Counted from the first letter of the stretch, positions 30,317 to 39,929 are shown. The stretch: 64,000 nt of DNA from Bacteriovoracaceae bacterium (GCA_965217035.1 OZ244226.1:124001-188000); one strand, 5' to 3'. Numbers and translations: made by a program. Notes: generated by a model from the sequence alone, not told the origin.

Positions 30317-31546
30317 GTGATTTACTTATTCCTTTATTTTATTGCAATAGGATTGCGCCTACTTTCAATCTTAGAAGAAAATCAAGGAACTTTTTATGTT
30401 GTAAGTTTTTCAACTCTATTGATTCTTAGCTATCTCTTCAAAGAAAAAATAAATTTAAAGAAGAAGCAGCTTCTCATTAATTTCGCTTTATCCTCACTCA
30501 TTCTGGTAGGATCAAAGCCTATCTTAGAAAATGATCAATACCGATATCTCTGGGAAGGAAAGGTTCTTTCCGTTGGAGAAAACCCTTATTATAAAAACCC
30601 CTCAGACCCTTCTCTTAACTTTATAAATTTTCCAGAAAAAAGTAAGATCGGTTATAATAAGGTTGCGAGTATCTACCCGCCCTTAGCGCTTACTTTTTAT
30701 TCTTTTTTTTCGAAATTCGAATATTCAACAGCAATGATTGCCTTACAGCTGTTCAATATTTTGCTTTGTTGCCTCTTACTTCTATTAATCTCAAAATGGG
30801 TAGAGCTCGATTTCAGGATCTTCTGGATTCTTCCTTTTTTAATGAAAGAATATGTTCAAGCAGTGCACGTTGATCTCATCGCTTTTCTTCCTTTCGCCTA
30901 CTTCTTAGTCATTAAGAATAAATGGTTCAAAGAACTTCTGTATTGGATTAGTATTTGGATAAAGTGGCTCCCTTTGATCTTACTTCCCTTCCGGTTTCTT
31001 AAAGAACTTAAGAATAGAAACCTTATCCCCTTTATCTCTATTGGTTTTTTATCTGGTTTCAGTTTACTCTTTGTTTTTCTCACCTTCTTTGAGTTGAAAC
31101 CTGGAGAGTATAATGGACCTTATGCCTTCTCATTTTTTTGGAAATGGAATGCTGGACTTTATCAATTCCTTCAATCTTCTTTCTCTTTAAAACATATAAC
31201 AATCAAGTTTCTATGCTTAGTTTGTTTTGCCTGTTCTTACGCCTATTACCTTTGGAAAGGATCAAAAGATATAAAAATTGCATCCTTATACTTATTTTCA
31301 TTCCTTTTCTTTACTGCTCATGTTTATAACGCATGGTATGGCCTATGGATTCTTATTCCATCACTCCAAATGAGAAACAACTCTCTTCTCATTTATTCTT
31401 TTTCCGCTTACGTCTCTTACCTTCTTTACGATTTTCCTAATGCAGAACTGCTTTGCTCTGCATTAACTCATGTATGGTTTCTCTTAGGAATGAAGACCCT
31501 CTGGAAATCAGGAGAAATAACTCATCGCACGGCAACTGAGCAATAA
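30317..31546 (+). CDS. Polytopic GT-C fold glycosyltransferase (GT87/DUF2029-like)
   Basis: ENDQYRYLWEG, GENPY, SIYPPLA, HVDL, multiple TM helices. Confidence 0.8.
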   Translation: MIYLFLYFIAIGLRLLSILEENQGTFYVVSFSTLLILSYLFKEKINLKKKQLLINFALSSLILVGSKPILENDQYRYLWEGKVLSVGENPYYKNPSDPSLNFINFPEKSKIGYNKVASIYPPLALTFYSFFSKFEYSTAMIALQLFNILLCCLLLLLISKWVELDFRIFWILPFLMKEYVQAVHVDLIAFLPFAYFLVIKNKWFKELLYWISIWIKWLPLILLPFRFLKELKNRNLIPFISIGFLSGFSLLFVFLTFFELKPGEYNGPYAFSFFWKWNAGLYQFLQSSFSLKHITIKFLCLVCFACSYAYYLWKGSKDIKIASLYLFSFLFFTAHVYNAWYGLWILIPSLQMRNNSLLIYSFSAYVSYLLYDFPNAELLCSALTHVWFLLGMKTLWKSGEITHRTATEQ

Positions 31547-31583
31547 AGTCTTGCGAATATGACCCCAGGATGGGAAGTAAAAC

Positions 31584-32687
31584 ATGATGAGACTTTTCTT
31601 ATTTCTATTCATACCAGTCGTCGGTTTTAGTGCACAACTTTCTCCTTCTCTTCTCATGTTCCATGAATGGGATTTTAATGCTTGTCCTGAAAGAATCGAA
31701 AAGGTTTTAGATCTCAATCCAAGTCATATCCAAATTTTAATTAGTGGGCACCACGAAGCTGATAAGCAAAAAAGTGTTATCAATTATAGATATTATGCTG
31801 ATAACGGAAATTTCGAAAAACTTAATCAGGCAATTATTAGTCGCTTTCAAAGAAAAATAAAAACCTGCTTTGAAAAAGTTCCTAATGACATTAAAATTGC
31901 CATCACTCTTCACTTAAATGATTCTCAAAAAACCTCTTATTGGAGAAATTTTATTAAATTTGACCCATTAAAAAAAATGAATGGGTTTTCTTATTATGAT
32001 TTTCTTATTAAACCAGTGGTCCAGTCATTAAAAGAGCTTAAAAAAGAAAACGTTAATATCTCTCTACAAGGAGAGATGGGCGCAACCGTTTTTTCTTATC
32101 CTAAAAGCTATGCAAAGATCATAACGAGACTCAAGAAAGATCATCCTCAATGGGACTTTGGTATTAGCTTAAATTTTAATAAAATCAATGGAGGAGTCGA
32201 ATCTTTTGATAAACAGGAAGTCCAAAAGCTCTTAGAAATGATCGACTTCTTTGGATTCTCTGCTTACCAACCCTTTGACCACCAATTCATCTTCTCTCAC
32301 TTTAAAAGAACAAGTAAAAATTTCCTTAATATGTTGAAAAAGCTCGAAGTAAAACTCCCTAGTTCTACACCTCTTCACTTCAGAGAAGTTGGTATTGGGG
32401 GAGGCAATGAGCTGAATGACGGTTCAAGTCACGCCATTACCCCGAAAGAAGCGGCAACTCACCCTTATGCAGGAGCTAAAAATCCTTGGAAGTCTCAAAA
32501 GATGAGAGACTTTAGAATTAGATTTCACAAAGAACTGATTCGTTATTTAAAAAGACAGATGAACTTTCCCAATCCAGTTACAGAGGCTTATCTTTGGAAT
32601 ACAGGATCTTGGGATCCCTTGAATCTTTATCCATTCACGGAACCTTTTGAAGAACAAGAAGTTATTAACGCTCTAATGAATCAATAA
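31584..32687 (+). CDS. Secreted glycoside-hydrolase-like TIM-barrel protein
   Basis: Signal peptide; LQGEMG, DFFGFSAY, HFREVG, YLWNTGSW resemble the clan GH-A layout. Confidence 0.5.
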   Translation: MMRLFLFLFIPVVGFSAQLSPSLLMFHEWDFNACPERIEKVLDLNPSHIQILISGHHEADKQKSVINYRYYADNGNFEKLNQAIISRFQRKIKTCFEKVPNDIKIAITLHLNDSQKTSYWRNFIKFDPLKKMNGFSYYDFLIKPVVQSLKELKKENVNISLQGEMGATVFSYPKSYAKIITRLKKDHPQWDFGISLNFNKINGGVESFDKQEVQKLLEMIDFFGFSAYQPFDHQFIFSHFKRTSKNFLNMLKKLEVKLPSSTPLHFREVGIGGGNELNDGSSHAITPKEAATHPYAGAKNPWKSQKMRDFRIRFHKELIRYLKRQMNFPNPVTEAYLWNTGSWDPLNLYPFTEPFEEQEVINALMNQ

Positions 32688-33315
32688 TAGAATATAATTG
32701 TTGGTACATCTCTTCTTCTATAGATAATCTCTTCTTTCTCTTATAAAAATCAAGTAGTTTACTCAAATCTTCAACTTCATCAATATCAAAAAGTTCATCC
32801 AGAATTTTCGGCTCATTCAAAAAAGACTTTAATTGGGCCCCTGTATCAAACTCTGAATAACGAACTTGTAAAAAAATTTCAGAGTCAAAACCATTTGTTG
32901 TTCCAAAAAGATAGAAGCCTCCATCCTCAGCAGGTCCAAAAACACTTTCCGAATTATCAAGTTCTTCAAAGCAGCTTTGTATAAGCTCAAGACTCACTTG
33001 AGGAGCATCAGATCCAATAATCATGATCTTCTGATAATTTGGACGATAGCGATCCCAGATATTCTTCAACCTCTCACCCAATGAATTTCCTGATTGATAG
33101 ATAAGCGAACAATCTCCAAAGATCGGATGAGTTGTCTCTTCGGCTAAGGCCCAAACGGTATCAAAATTATTACTGTTAAGATTTTTTTTTAGAACTCTAA
33201 TAAATGATTCCGTAAGATCATCGACCTCTTTGTTAGAAATTTTTTTTCTCAATCGCGTTTTCGAGCGGAGATCATCAGGAGATTTCGTAAATATGATGAG
33301 AACATTATTCTTCAT
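32665..33315 (-). CDS. DUF2064/TIGR04282-type transferase (CofC-like fold)
   Basis: FTKSP..KTRL, QSGNSLGERL, IIGSDAP, GPAEDGGFYL, DIDEVEDL. Confidence 0.9.
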   Translation of the reverse strand: MKNNVLIIFTKSPDDLRSKTRLRKKISNKEVDDLTESFIRVLKKNLNSNNFDTVWALAEETTHPIFGDCSLIYQSGNSLGERLKNIWDRYRPNYQKIMIIGSDAPQVSLELIQSCFEELDNSESVFGPAEDGGFYLFGTTNGFDSEIFLQVRYSEFDTGAQLKSFLNEPKILDELFDIDEVEDLSKLLDFYKRKKRLSIEEEMYQQLYSIIDSLER

Positions 33316-34012
33316 AATGAGAGTTTAAGTTAAGGTTTTTTTCATAATCAGCATTCATTTTTCTATGATCTTTTTTAAAGTAAAACCCCCATTTGAGTTT
33401 TTGGTTAAGGAAACTTTGCTTCCAAAATCCATTGCTCGAAAAACGAACGGCAGAAGTTACTGACCGAAAAGGAAGTCTCACAGGTTTCGATATTTTCATC
33501 AATCTTTGGCAGAAAATAGTGTCTTCAAAAATATCAATATTAGGAAACCCTCCAGACTTTTTTATTAATGATTTTTTCGAATAAAGACAATGATCAAGAT
33601 AATAAATCCCATTAAATCTGCCTCTAATATGATTGGAATACCAAGAAGTAAATTGAAGTCCCCAATGCTTCTCATCAAATTCATGGGTAAACCCACCCCA
33701 ATTAAGTTCCTCAGAATAATCAATCAGATAATCAACTCCCTCTGGCTCGAGTAAGCTTCTTGGATGATGAAAAAGAACAAGATCGGCCTCACAAAGCTCG
33801 ATCCCAGCATTCAATCTTTCTCCCCTCGATTGAGTCTGTAAAAATTTCACAGTGACCTCATCGAAAACTTTGTCTTTAGCCTCTGAAGTTATAACAATAT
33901 GCTGAATTAATTGCGCTTTTTTGCACTTTGCGTTGTAACTTTTTATAGCTTTTGCTACGAATACATCGGTGCTCAAGGATTGTACCGGATAGACGATCGA
34001 TAGTTTTTTCAT
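33305..34012 (-). CDS. TIGR04283-like family 2 glycosyltransferase, divergent
   Basis: SRGERLNAG, WGGF, GGFPNIDIFED, VTSAVRF; overlaps the DUF2064 gene. Confidence 0.8.
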   Translation of the reverse strand: MKKLSIVYPVQSLSTDVFVAKAIKSYNAKCKKAQLIQHIVITSEAKDKVFDEVTVKFLQTQSRGERLNAGIELCEADLVLFHHPRSLLEPEGVDYLIDYSEELNWGGFTHEFDEKHWGLQFTSWYSNHIRGRFNGIYYLDHCLYSKKSLIKKSGGFPNIDIFEDTIFCQRLMKISKPVRLPFRSVTSAVRFSSNGFWKQSFLNQKLKWGFYFKKDHRKMNADYEKNLNLNSHYEE

Positions 34013-34059
34013 GAGTTCTATCCTACTGCAATTTTTGCTAAAAAATCGAGGGAGAACCT

Positions 34060-34968
34060 ATGCGGTTGCTATTATTATTTTTATTTTTGAGTGCTTGTAA
34101 TTATCAAGATGATCCCCTTAGTGGAATTCGCCAGGCAGCATCTGTCGAGACAAGTGATTTCGAAAGAAGCTTTGAAAGATATTTAGGGCTTTTTGTTGCA
34201 GACAACCCTGCTGAAGAGTCTTTCGATACTCTTGTTCGATATAAGAAAATGTTTCGGCTTTCAAAAGAACCTCAAACTTCTGAAGGTGCTGAGTATCGAA
34301 AGCTTGTCACGACCATCTCTGATTATTTTGCTGGTCTTGATTATGATTCTTTGAATGATGATGAGAAAAAAGCGAACCTGATCAATGCTTATAATTTCTT
34401 TGTTATGGATTATATGGCCACAAACTATGATACCGTGACGAATATTTTAAACGCTCCTACCAATGTTTTTACATCCACGCCTTTTCAATTTGCGAATAAA
34501 CTTGTTTCTCTCGATTATTTAGAGAAAGTTCTTCTCTATCGCTTAATGACATTTGAAGAAGGAACAAAGGTCAATGAAATCACGAATCTCGATCCAAGTA
34601 AAAAGATTAAAGTTTTTCAAGCCACAAAAATTGATGCTCGTTTTCATTTCGCTGTTATTTGTGGAGCTAAGGGTTGCCCTATTCTCAACACAGAAATGTA
34701 TTATGGGACAAGACTTAATGAGCAATTAACTGATATTACTGAAAAAGGTCTTCTGCTGAAAAGAAACCTTGATCAGTCTAATGAAACCCTCAAACTGACT
34801 GAGCTTTTTAATTGGTATCGTGATGATTTTAATAACCATGCTGAAACGAAAGATTCGGAGAAAGTTTCAGACTATTATGGCTTTCTTGAGCAATACTCAA
34901 GTGAATCAATCCTTAGAACAAATCCACAAACAATTCCATACGATTGGACAAGAAATGGGATTGAATAA
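34060..34968 (+). CDS. DUF547 lipoprotein (second copy)
   Basis: Lipobox LSAC; LINAYN, DARFHFAVICGAKGCP, LFNWYRDDF, YDWTRN. Confidence 0.87.
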   Translation: MRLLLLFLFLSACNYQDDPLSGIRQAASVETSDFERSFERYLGLFVADNPAEESFDTLVRYKKMFRLSKEPQTSEGAEYRKLVTTISDYFAGLDYDSLNDDEKKANLINAYNFFVMDYMATNYDTVTNILNAPTNVFTSTPFQFANKLVSLDYLEKVLLYRLMTFEEGTKVNEITNLDPSKKIKVFQATKIDARFHFAVICGAKGCPILNTEMYYGTRLNEQLTDITEKGLLLKRNLDQSNETLKLTELFNWYRDDFNNHAETKDSEKVSDYYGFLEQYSSESILRTNPQTIPYDWTRNGIE

Positions 34969-36173
34969 TGAAAAAATTAATATTAATTAGTCTATTTATT
35001 AGTGGATCTCTATTTGCTCAATCTGAGACAACCATCTCTGAAAGAGAAATGTCTTCTTCTTTTACAAGACCAAAGTCTCTCAAGGCCTTAAGCCTTACCC
35101 TACAAGGATCTTATCAGGAGAACCCAGGTCAAGTTGATAAAGAAACTGCAGCCTCGAATGGCTTTGTTCCAAAACAACTTCAGAGTGAAACTCTGGAATT
35201 AAATCTAAGTACGAAGTGGCTTTTTAAGCCCTTAAAAAAGTTGATTCTCATTGATACATTTAAAATCAATTCCCTTTTTCATAATCCAGGCTCAGGACAA
35301 GACAGACTCCCTTTCGAGGATCGAGTTGAACTTAAAAATGATCTTGTTGGTGTTTATGTCCTTAATAGAAATAATCAGATTGGAAACTTATTAAGAACAA
35401 ACTTTGTAAGAGGAAATTCTTTTCAAATCTCTGACCTTCCTGGAATTCAAGAGCTTAACGATAATCATTATATGATTCAAAATATGCTCTTCTATCAGCA
35501 TAAATTTGCTCGAAATCTTTCTACTCGATTTAATTTCGGTGGAAAGCTCATTGATTATGAGGATGCCTATTCTGGTTTCAGCGGAGCAGCTGGAGAGCAA
35601 AATGATCATATCGCAGGAATTATCACAATTGAGAATAAATGGGTTATCGATAAAAATGCTGTTCTTAAAATTCCTCTTAGCTTTAGAAGAGAGTTTTATA
35701 AAAATAGAATTGCCTTGAACTCAAATGGAACATTCAACACAACAGGGGCACTCAAAGAAAGAGATGATCTTGAAATTTATGAAGCTGGTCTTGAGTTTCT
35801 AATTAGAATGAATGACTTCAGACTAACAACTGGAGTGACTGCGGTTCAACAAACTGACAATATCCAAGGTGGGCGTAGTTATGAAGGTTATCGAGCAAAG
35901 ATAGAAGCAACTGTTCCTACTGAAGAATTTGAACTCACGGCTCACTTAAATCTCAACGACTTCGAATATGATACTGCACTAGTAAATTCTACTCTTACAG
36001 GAAGTTCTTTTTGGAGAGAGAAAGGTTATAGCTATGGTGCTAAAGGAAAAGTGTTTGTTAATTCTCATATCAGTCTTATGATCTCAGCTCAAAAACAAGT
36101 CGCAAGAGATAATTTCTTTGCTGGTAATTTTGAAAATGATATTTTTCAATTAGGATTAGAGTACAAACTCTAA
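34968..36173 (+). CDS. Outer-membrane beta-barrel protein
   Basis: Signal peptide, alternating amphipathic strands, terminal LGLEYKL. Confidence 0.72.
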   Translation: MKKLILISLFISGSLFAQSETTISEREMSSSFTRPKSLKALSLTLQGSYQENPGQVDKETAASNGFVPKQLQSETLELNLSTKWLFKPLKKLILIDTFKINSLFHNPGSGQDRLPFEDRVELKNDLVGVYVLNRNNQIGNLLRTNFVRGNSFQISDLPGIQELNDNHYMIQNMLFYQHKFARNLSTRFNFGGKLIDYEDAYSGFSGAAGEQNDHIAGIITIENKWVIDKNAVLKIPLSFRREFYKNRIALNSNGTFNTTGALKERDDLEIYEAGLEFLIRMNDFRLTTGVTAVQQTDNIQGGRSYEGYRAKIEATVPTEEFELTAHLNLNDFEYDTALVNSTLTGSSFWREKGYSYGAKGKVFVNSHISLMISAQKQVARDNFFAGNFENDIFQLGLEYKL

Positions 36174-36183
36174 GGAGATAATT

Positions 36184-36390
36184 ATGAAATACCTCTTATC
36201 ATTACTTTTACTTTTCAGTCTTTCTAATGTCTTCGCTTCTGGAGGCGGAGGCGGTGGCGGTGGTGCTGGCGGTGGTTCAGCAGCTGATGCCGATGACTTC
36301 TCTGAAGCTATTGAAGAGGCCACTGAAGAGGCCAGCTCTGAATCTGATGACTCTAAAAAGAAAGAAAAGTCGAAAGACAAATCAGAATAA
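36184..36390 (+). CDS. Small secreted Gly-rich/acidic peptide
   Basis: AGGAG RBS, signal peptide ending VFA, Gly run, acidic then basic tail. Confidence 0.75.
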   Translation: MKYLLSLLLLFSLSNVFASGGGGGGGGAGGGSAADADDFSEAIEEATEEASSESDDSKKKEKSKDKSE

Positions 36391-36401
36391 AGGCAAAAAT
36401 A

Positions 36402-36440
36402 TGATAATAATCCTGACATCTGCTGTCGGGGTTATTATCA
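36402..36440 (+). terminator. 17-bp RNA hairpin after small peptide gene (terminator or stabiliser)
   Basis: TGATAATAATCCTGACA-tctgc-TGTCGGGGTTATTATCA, fully paired on + strand with two G-U pairs; no U-tail. Confidence 0.6.
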
Positions 36441-36622
36441 AGCTCAACAATTTCCAATACTTACCTACAGTGTAAAAATGACACTTCCTCTTGTTTCTGT
36501 TTTCACTCCATGTCCGCTCTGCTAACTTAGGCAAAGTTTAGATCGTTCAATTACGTTATTAAAAGAGATTAAAACCATCTTTACTATCGACTGCGTTTAT
36601 ACACTTGGAGGAGAACAAAACT

Positions 36623-37834
36623 ATGAAAACGTCGGCCATCATACTTGTCTTGACCCTTTCTGGAATTCAGGCTTATGCTCAATCTTCAGCTAATTCTATT
36701 GAACAACCTGCAGCTTCTGTTGAAGGAACGATTGAGTCAGATTCTTCAAAAAGGATTCTCCCCCCAGTTACAATCACAAACACGTCAGGGTTTCATTCGA
36801 ATTATGATGAAGTCCCTTTCTTTGTTCCAAGTGAGAACCGAATCAACGCAAATAAATTTTACAACACACTTTCGGGTTCAATCTCTTACAAACTCGATAA
36901 TATTGGTGTTTTCGAAACAACATATACTCCTACACTTTCGGCAACTTATGTGAATGCCGACACAAATACTGGTCAAGAGTCTGATACTCTAAAAGATGCT
37001 GATATTAAAAATGCTCTTTCGATGAAAGCTGAGTCTGGGAATGTTCAATACGGCCTAGATTTCACAGCTAATTACCACTACGGGTATAGATATCTTCCAC
37101 GTAATACAAACGGAAACTTAATTAACTATAGAAGAAATGATGCCAATTCAAACTTTTCAGTCGGTGGGAATACTGCAATTGCAGTAAGCTCAGAATATCG
37201 ATTTGGAGTTGATGCAAGCATTGCTTACCAAGATGCTTATGCTGATCGATTAATCTGGATATCTGAATACGATGGTATGACGTATGACATGACAACTTAT
37301 AGTGTTGGAATCAGTAATGATGTCATTATTAATGATAACTTTACTCTTTCTATGCCTATCAGTTACAGACGACAAGATTATCATAACTTTGCAGCTATCG
37401 GGACAGATTGGCTTCCAGCTCCTGCCGGAGACAATAGACTCAGAGACCGTAAACTCGGAGGACTCACACTCGCTGGTAAGTTTGAAAAAGTTTCTTTTTC
37501 TATCGCTTACAAAGGTGGAGTTATGGACGATAAAGGAAGCGCTCAGATTGAAGATGCGGATCTTACAATCGTTGATACGACTGTGACAGTAAACTTCACA
37601 GAAAGTCTATCTGCAACAGCGACTCATGGCTACGAAAAGGCTGATTATGATACGCAACCTGAAGGGAACAACGAAAAGTATAATAACTACTCCGTTGGTG
37701 TTTCAATGAAAAATGTTGCTGGTCTTGGGCTAGATGCAACTCTTTCTCATGACCAAACTTATGGACAATGTAACTGGTCACTTGGGCAATACAAAAATAT
37801 TGCAACAGGCTTAAACCTGAGTTTCAAACTTTAA
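36623..37834 (+). CDS. Outer-membrane beta-barrel protein
   Basis: GGAGGAG RBS, signal peptide ending AYA, beta strands, terminal LNLSFKL. Confidence 0.75.
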   Translation: MKTSAIILVLTLSGIQAYAQSSANSIEQPAASVEGTIESDSSKRILPPVTITNTSGFHSNYDEVPFFVPSENRINANKFYNTLSGSISYKLDNIGVFETTYTPTLSATYVNADTNTGQESDTLKDADIKNALSMKAESGNVQYGLDFTANYHYGYRYLPRNTNGNLINYRRNDANSNFSVGGNTAIAVSSEYRFGVDASIAYQDAYADRLIWISEYDGMTYDMTTYSVGISNDVIINDNFTLSMPISYRRQDYHNFAAIGTDWLPAPAGDNRLRDRKLGGLTLAGKFEKVSFSIAYKGGVMDDKGSAQIEDADLTIVDTTVTVNFTESLSATATHGYEKADYDTQPEGNNEKYNNYSVGVSMKNVAGLGLDATLSHDQTYGQCNWSLGQYKNIATGLNLSFKL

Positions 37835-37859
37835 TTTCATTTAAAACCTCTTAGATATT

Positions 37860-37890
37860 AAGGGCCCTTCAGCATAGGGCCCTTTTTTTT
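37860..37890 (+). terminator. Rho-independent terminator
   Basis: AAGGGCCCT-tcagcat-AGGGCCCTT followed by a T-run. Confidence 0.85.
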
Positions 37891-37934
37891 GTAACTAATC
37901 CTTGTCATAATCGAATATTAGTTTGGAGGTTATT

Positions 37935-38381
37935 ATGTCTAAATATAAAGTCCCTAGTGATGAGAAAATCAAAGAGAAGCTAAGCCCATTACAATACTCT
38001 GTAACTCAAAAAGATGCGACTGAGAAACCATTCAAAAATGAATATTGGGATAATAAGGAAGAAGGCCTTTATGTCGATATTGTTAGTGGAGAACCCCTCT
38101 TTAGTTCTGTAGATAAGTACGATTCAGGAACAGGATGGCCTAGTTTTTCAAAGCCAATCTCTGATGATGTCGTGATAACTAAACAAGATCGAAAACTTCT
38201 TTTTATAGTGCGAACTGAAGTTCGCTCTAAAGTTGCTGATTCTCACTTAGGTCATGTTTTTGATGATGGCCCAGCTTCAACAGGCAAACGCTATTGTATG
38301 AACTCAGCGGCCATGCGATTCATTCCAAAAGATAAACTTGAAGAAGAAGGATATGGAGATTTTCTATCTCTATTTGAATAA
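37935..38381 (+). CDS. msrB: Peptide-methionine (R)-S-oxide reductase
   Basis: [36 protein letters not shown]. Confidence 0.96.
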   Translation: MSKYKVPSDEKIKEKLSPLQYSVTQKDATEKPFKNEYWDNKEEGLYVDIVSGEPLFSSVDKYDSGTGWPSFSKPISDDVVITKQDRKLLFIVRTEVRSKVADSHLGHVFDDGPASTGKRYCMNSAAMRFIPKDKLEEEGYGDFLSLFE

Positions 38382-38873
38382 ATGGAAACTGCAGTACTCG
38401 GATGTGGATGTTTTTGGGGTGTCGAAAAACTCTATCAAGAACTTAATGGAGTCCTTAAAACTGATGTTGGTTATACCGGTGGAAAAACAAATGATCCTAC
38501 TTATAAAGAAGTTTGTACTGGATCAACAGGGCATATCGAAGTCATTCGCATTCAGTTTGATACTTCTCTCATCTCCTTTAAGGAAATTTTAAAATATTTC
38601 TTTGAAATTCATGATCCGACTCAAGTTGATGGTCAACATAATGATATTGGAACTCAATATCTTTCAGCTATTTTCTATCAATCAGAAAAACAAAAAGAGA
38701 TTGCTAAAAATCTTATGAGTATAATTGAAGAAAAAAAGCTTTTTAAAAAACCTCTTGCGACAAAACTCATCCCTTTAGAGAAATATTGGATTGCTGAAGA
38801 CTATCACCAAGATTACCTCATCAAAAACCCAAGAGGTTATATGTGCCACTTTCGAACCCCTCTTAACTGGTAA
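38382..38873 (+). CDS. msrA: Peptide-methionine (S)-S-oxide reductase
   Basis: GCFWG, GYTGG, PTYKEVC, HDPTQ, AEDYHQDY. Confidence 0.96.
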   Translation: METAVLGCGCFWGVEKLYQELNGVLKTDVGYTGGKTNDPTYKEVCTGSTGHIEVIRIQFDTSLISFKEILKYFFEIHDPTQVDGQHNDIGTQYLSAIFYQSEKQKEIAKNLMSIIEEKKLFKKPLATKLIPLEKYWIAEDYHQDYLIKNPRGYMCHFRTPLNW

Positions 38874-38901
38874 TTTTTTCTAACATCCTAACAAATTGTG
38901 A

Positions 38902-39804
38902 TTAAAGATCGACAATCTCCCCTTCAGCTGTGATTTTGAATCGACATTGAGTCCCATCAGTCGTTTGATAAGTTTTGTTATAATCGAGAGAGGTGAGATA
39001 ACGTTTTCCCCCACTTTCAAAATAAGCAATGATCTCTCCTGATTGAAGGACAAGAAGAACCTCATCAAAACTCGTCTCCGCTCCACAAGGGTCGACAACA
39101 TCAACAACAGCATCAACTCCATCTTTTCCATTTTTAACAACCACTGAAGAATCGCCGCAAATCACAAGAGCACCATCAGGATGTGAAAGCACTTGACATG
39201 ATTCACCATTATTTCCATTTGCAATAAACGCAGTTTTATCACCACACTTCACAGTTGCTCCACGAGATTCCTGATAAACTTCACAAGATTCACCTTGCTC
39301 ACCCTGTTCTCCATTTTTCACCAATTGAGACTCTCCGCCACAAGTAATTTTGACCCCTTGAGGATCTGGGCTAAGCTCACAAGATTTTCCATCAACTCCA
39401 TTTTTAAGAAAGGCCATTGAACCATCGGAGCATTCTATTAGAACGCCTCCTTTGTTTTCATCCTCTTTGACGCTACAGGCACTACCGTCTTTCCCATCAA
39501 CTCCATGTTTGATAAATGCTTTAGAATCGGCACAAGCAAGAAGGACTCCTCCCACCTGTTCAGAAACCTCACAAGACTTTCCATCCTCTCCATCTTTTCC
39601 TTTTTCCAGAGTCGCTTCAGAACCATCTGCGCAAAGAATTTTAACATTACCATTTTCTAGGGATTCAACCGAACAGCCAAGATATTCTCCTTCAGGATTC
39701 ACTGAAGAGACAATCCCCTCTGTCTTTCTTAAATTTGCATTATTGCTACTATCTCCACAGGAGATAAGAGAAAAAATGAGAATAAAAGGAAATAATTTGA
39801 TCAT
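38902..39804 (-). CDS. Collagen-like/Cys-repeat fibre lipoprotein
   Basis: Start moved to ATG 39804 with GGAGG RBS; lipobox LISC; six Cys-pair repeats joined by G-x-x triplets. Confidence 0.8.
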   Translation of the reverse strand: MIKLFPFILIFSLISCGDSSNNANLRKTEGIVSSVNPEGEYLGCSVESLENGNVKILCADGSEATLEKGKDGEDGKSCEVSEQVGGVLLACADSKAFIKHGVDGKDGSACSVKEDENKGGVLIECSDGSMAFLKNGVDGKSCELSPDPQGVKITCGGESQLVKNGEQGEQGESCEVYQESRGATVKCGDKTAFIANGNNGESCQVLSHPDGALVICGDSSVVVKNGKDGVDAVVDVVDPCGAETSFDEVLLVLQSGEIIAYFESGGKRYLTSLDYNKTYQTTDGTQCRFKITAEGEIVDL

Positions 39805-39929
39805 CCGGACCTCCATGTCTGCCGATTTTGCCATATTCCTAAAGTGCAAAAATAAGACCAGCTTGAGACACTCTTAATTTCGAGATGAATGGCAAAAAGT
39901 CACCAAATTTTTAACTCAGTGTGAAAAGA

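Noticed and set aside
29864..30429. ORFs 29864-30067 (-) and 30199-30429 (+)
   Set aside because: Overlap real genes, have no recognisable motifs and one crosses the palindrome; likely spurious
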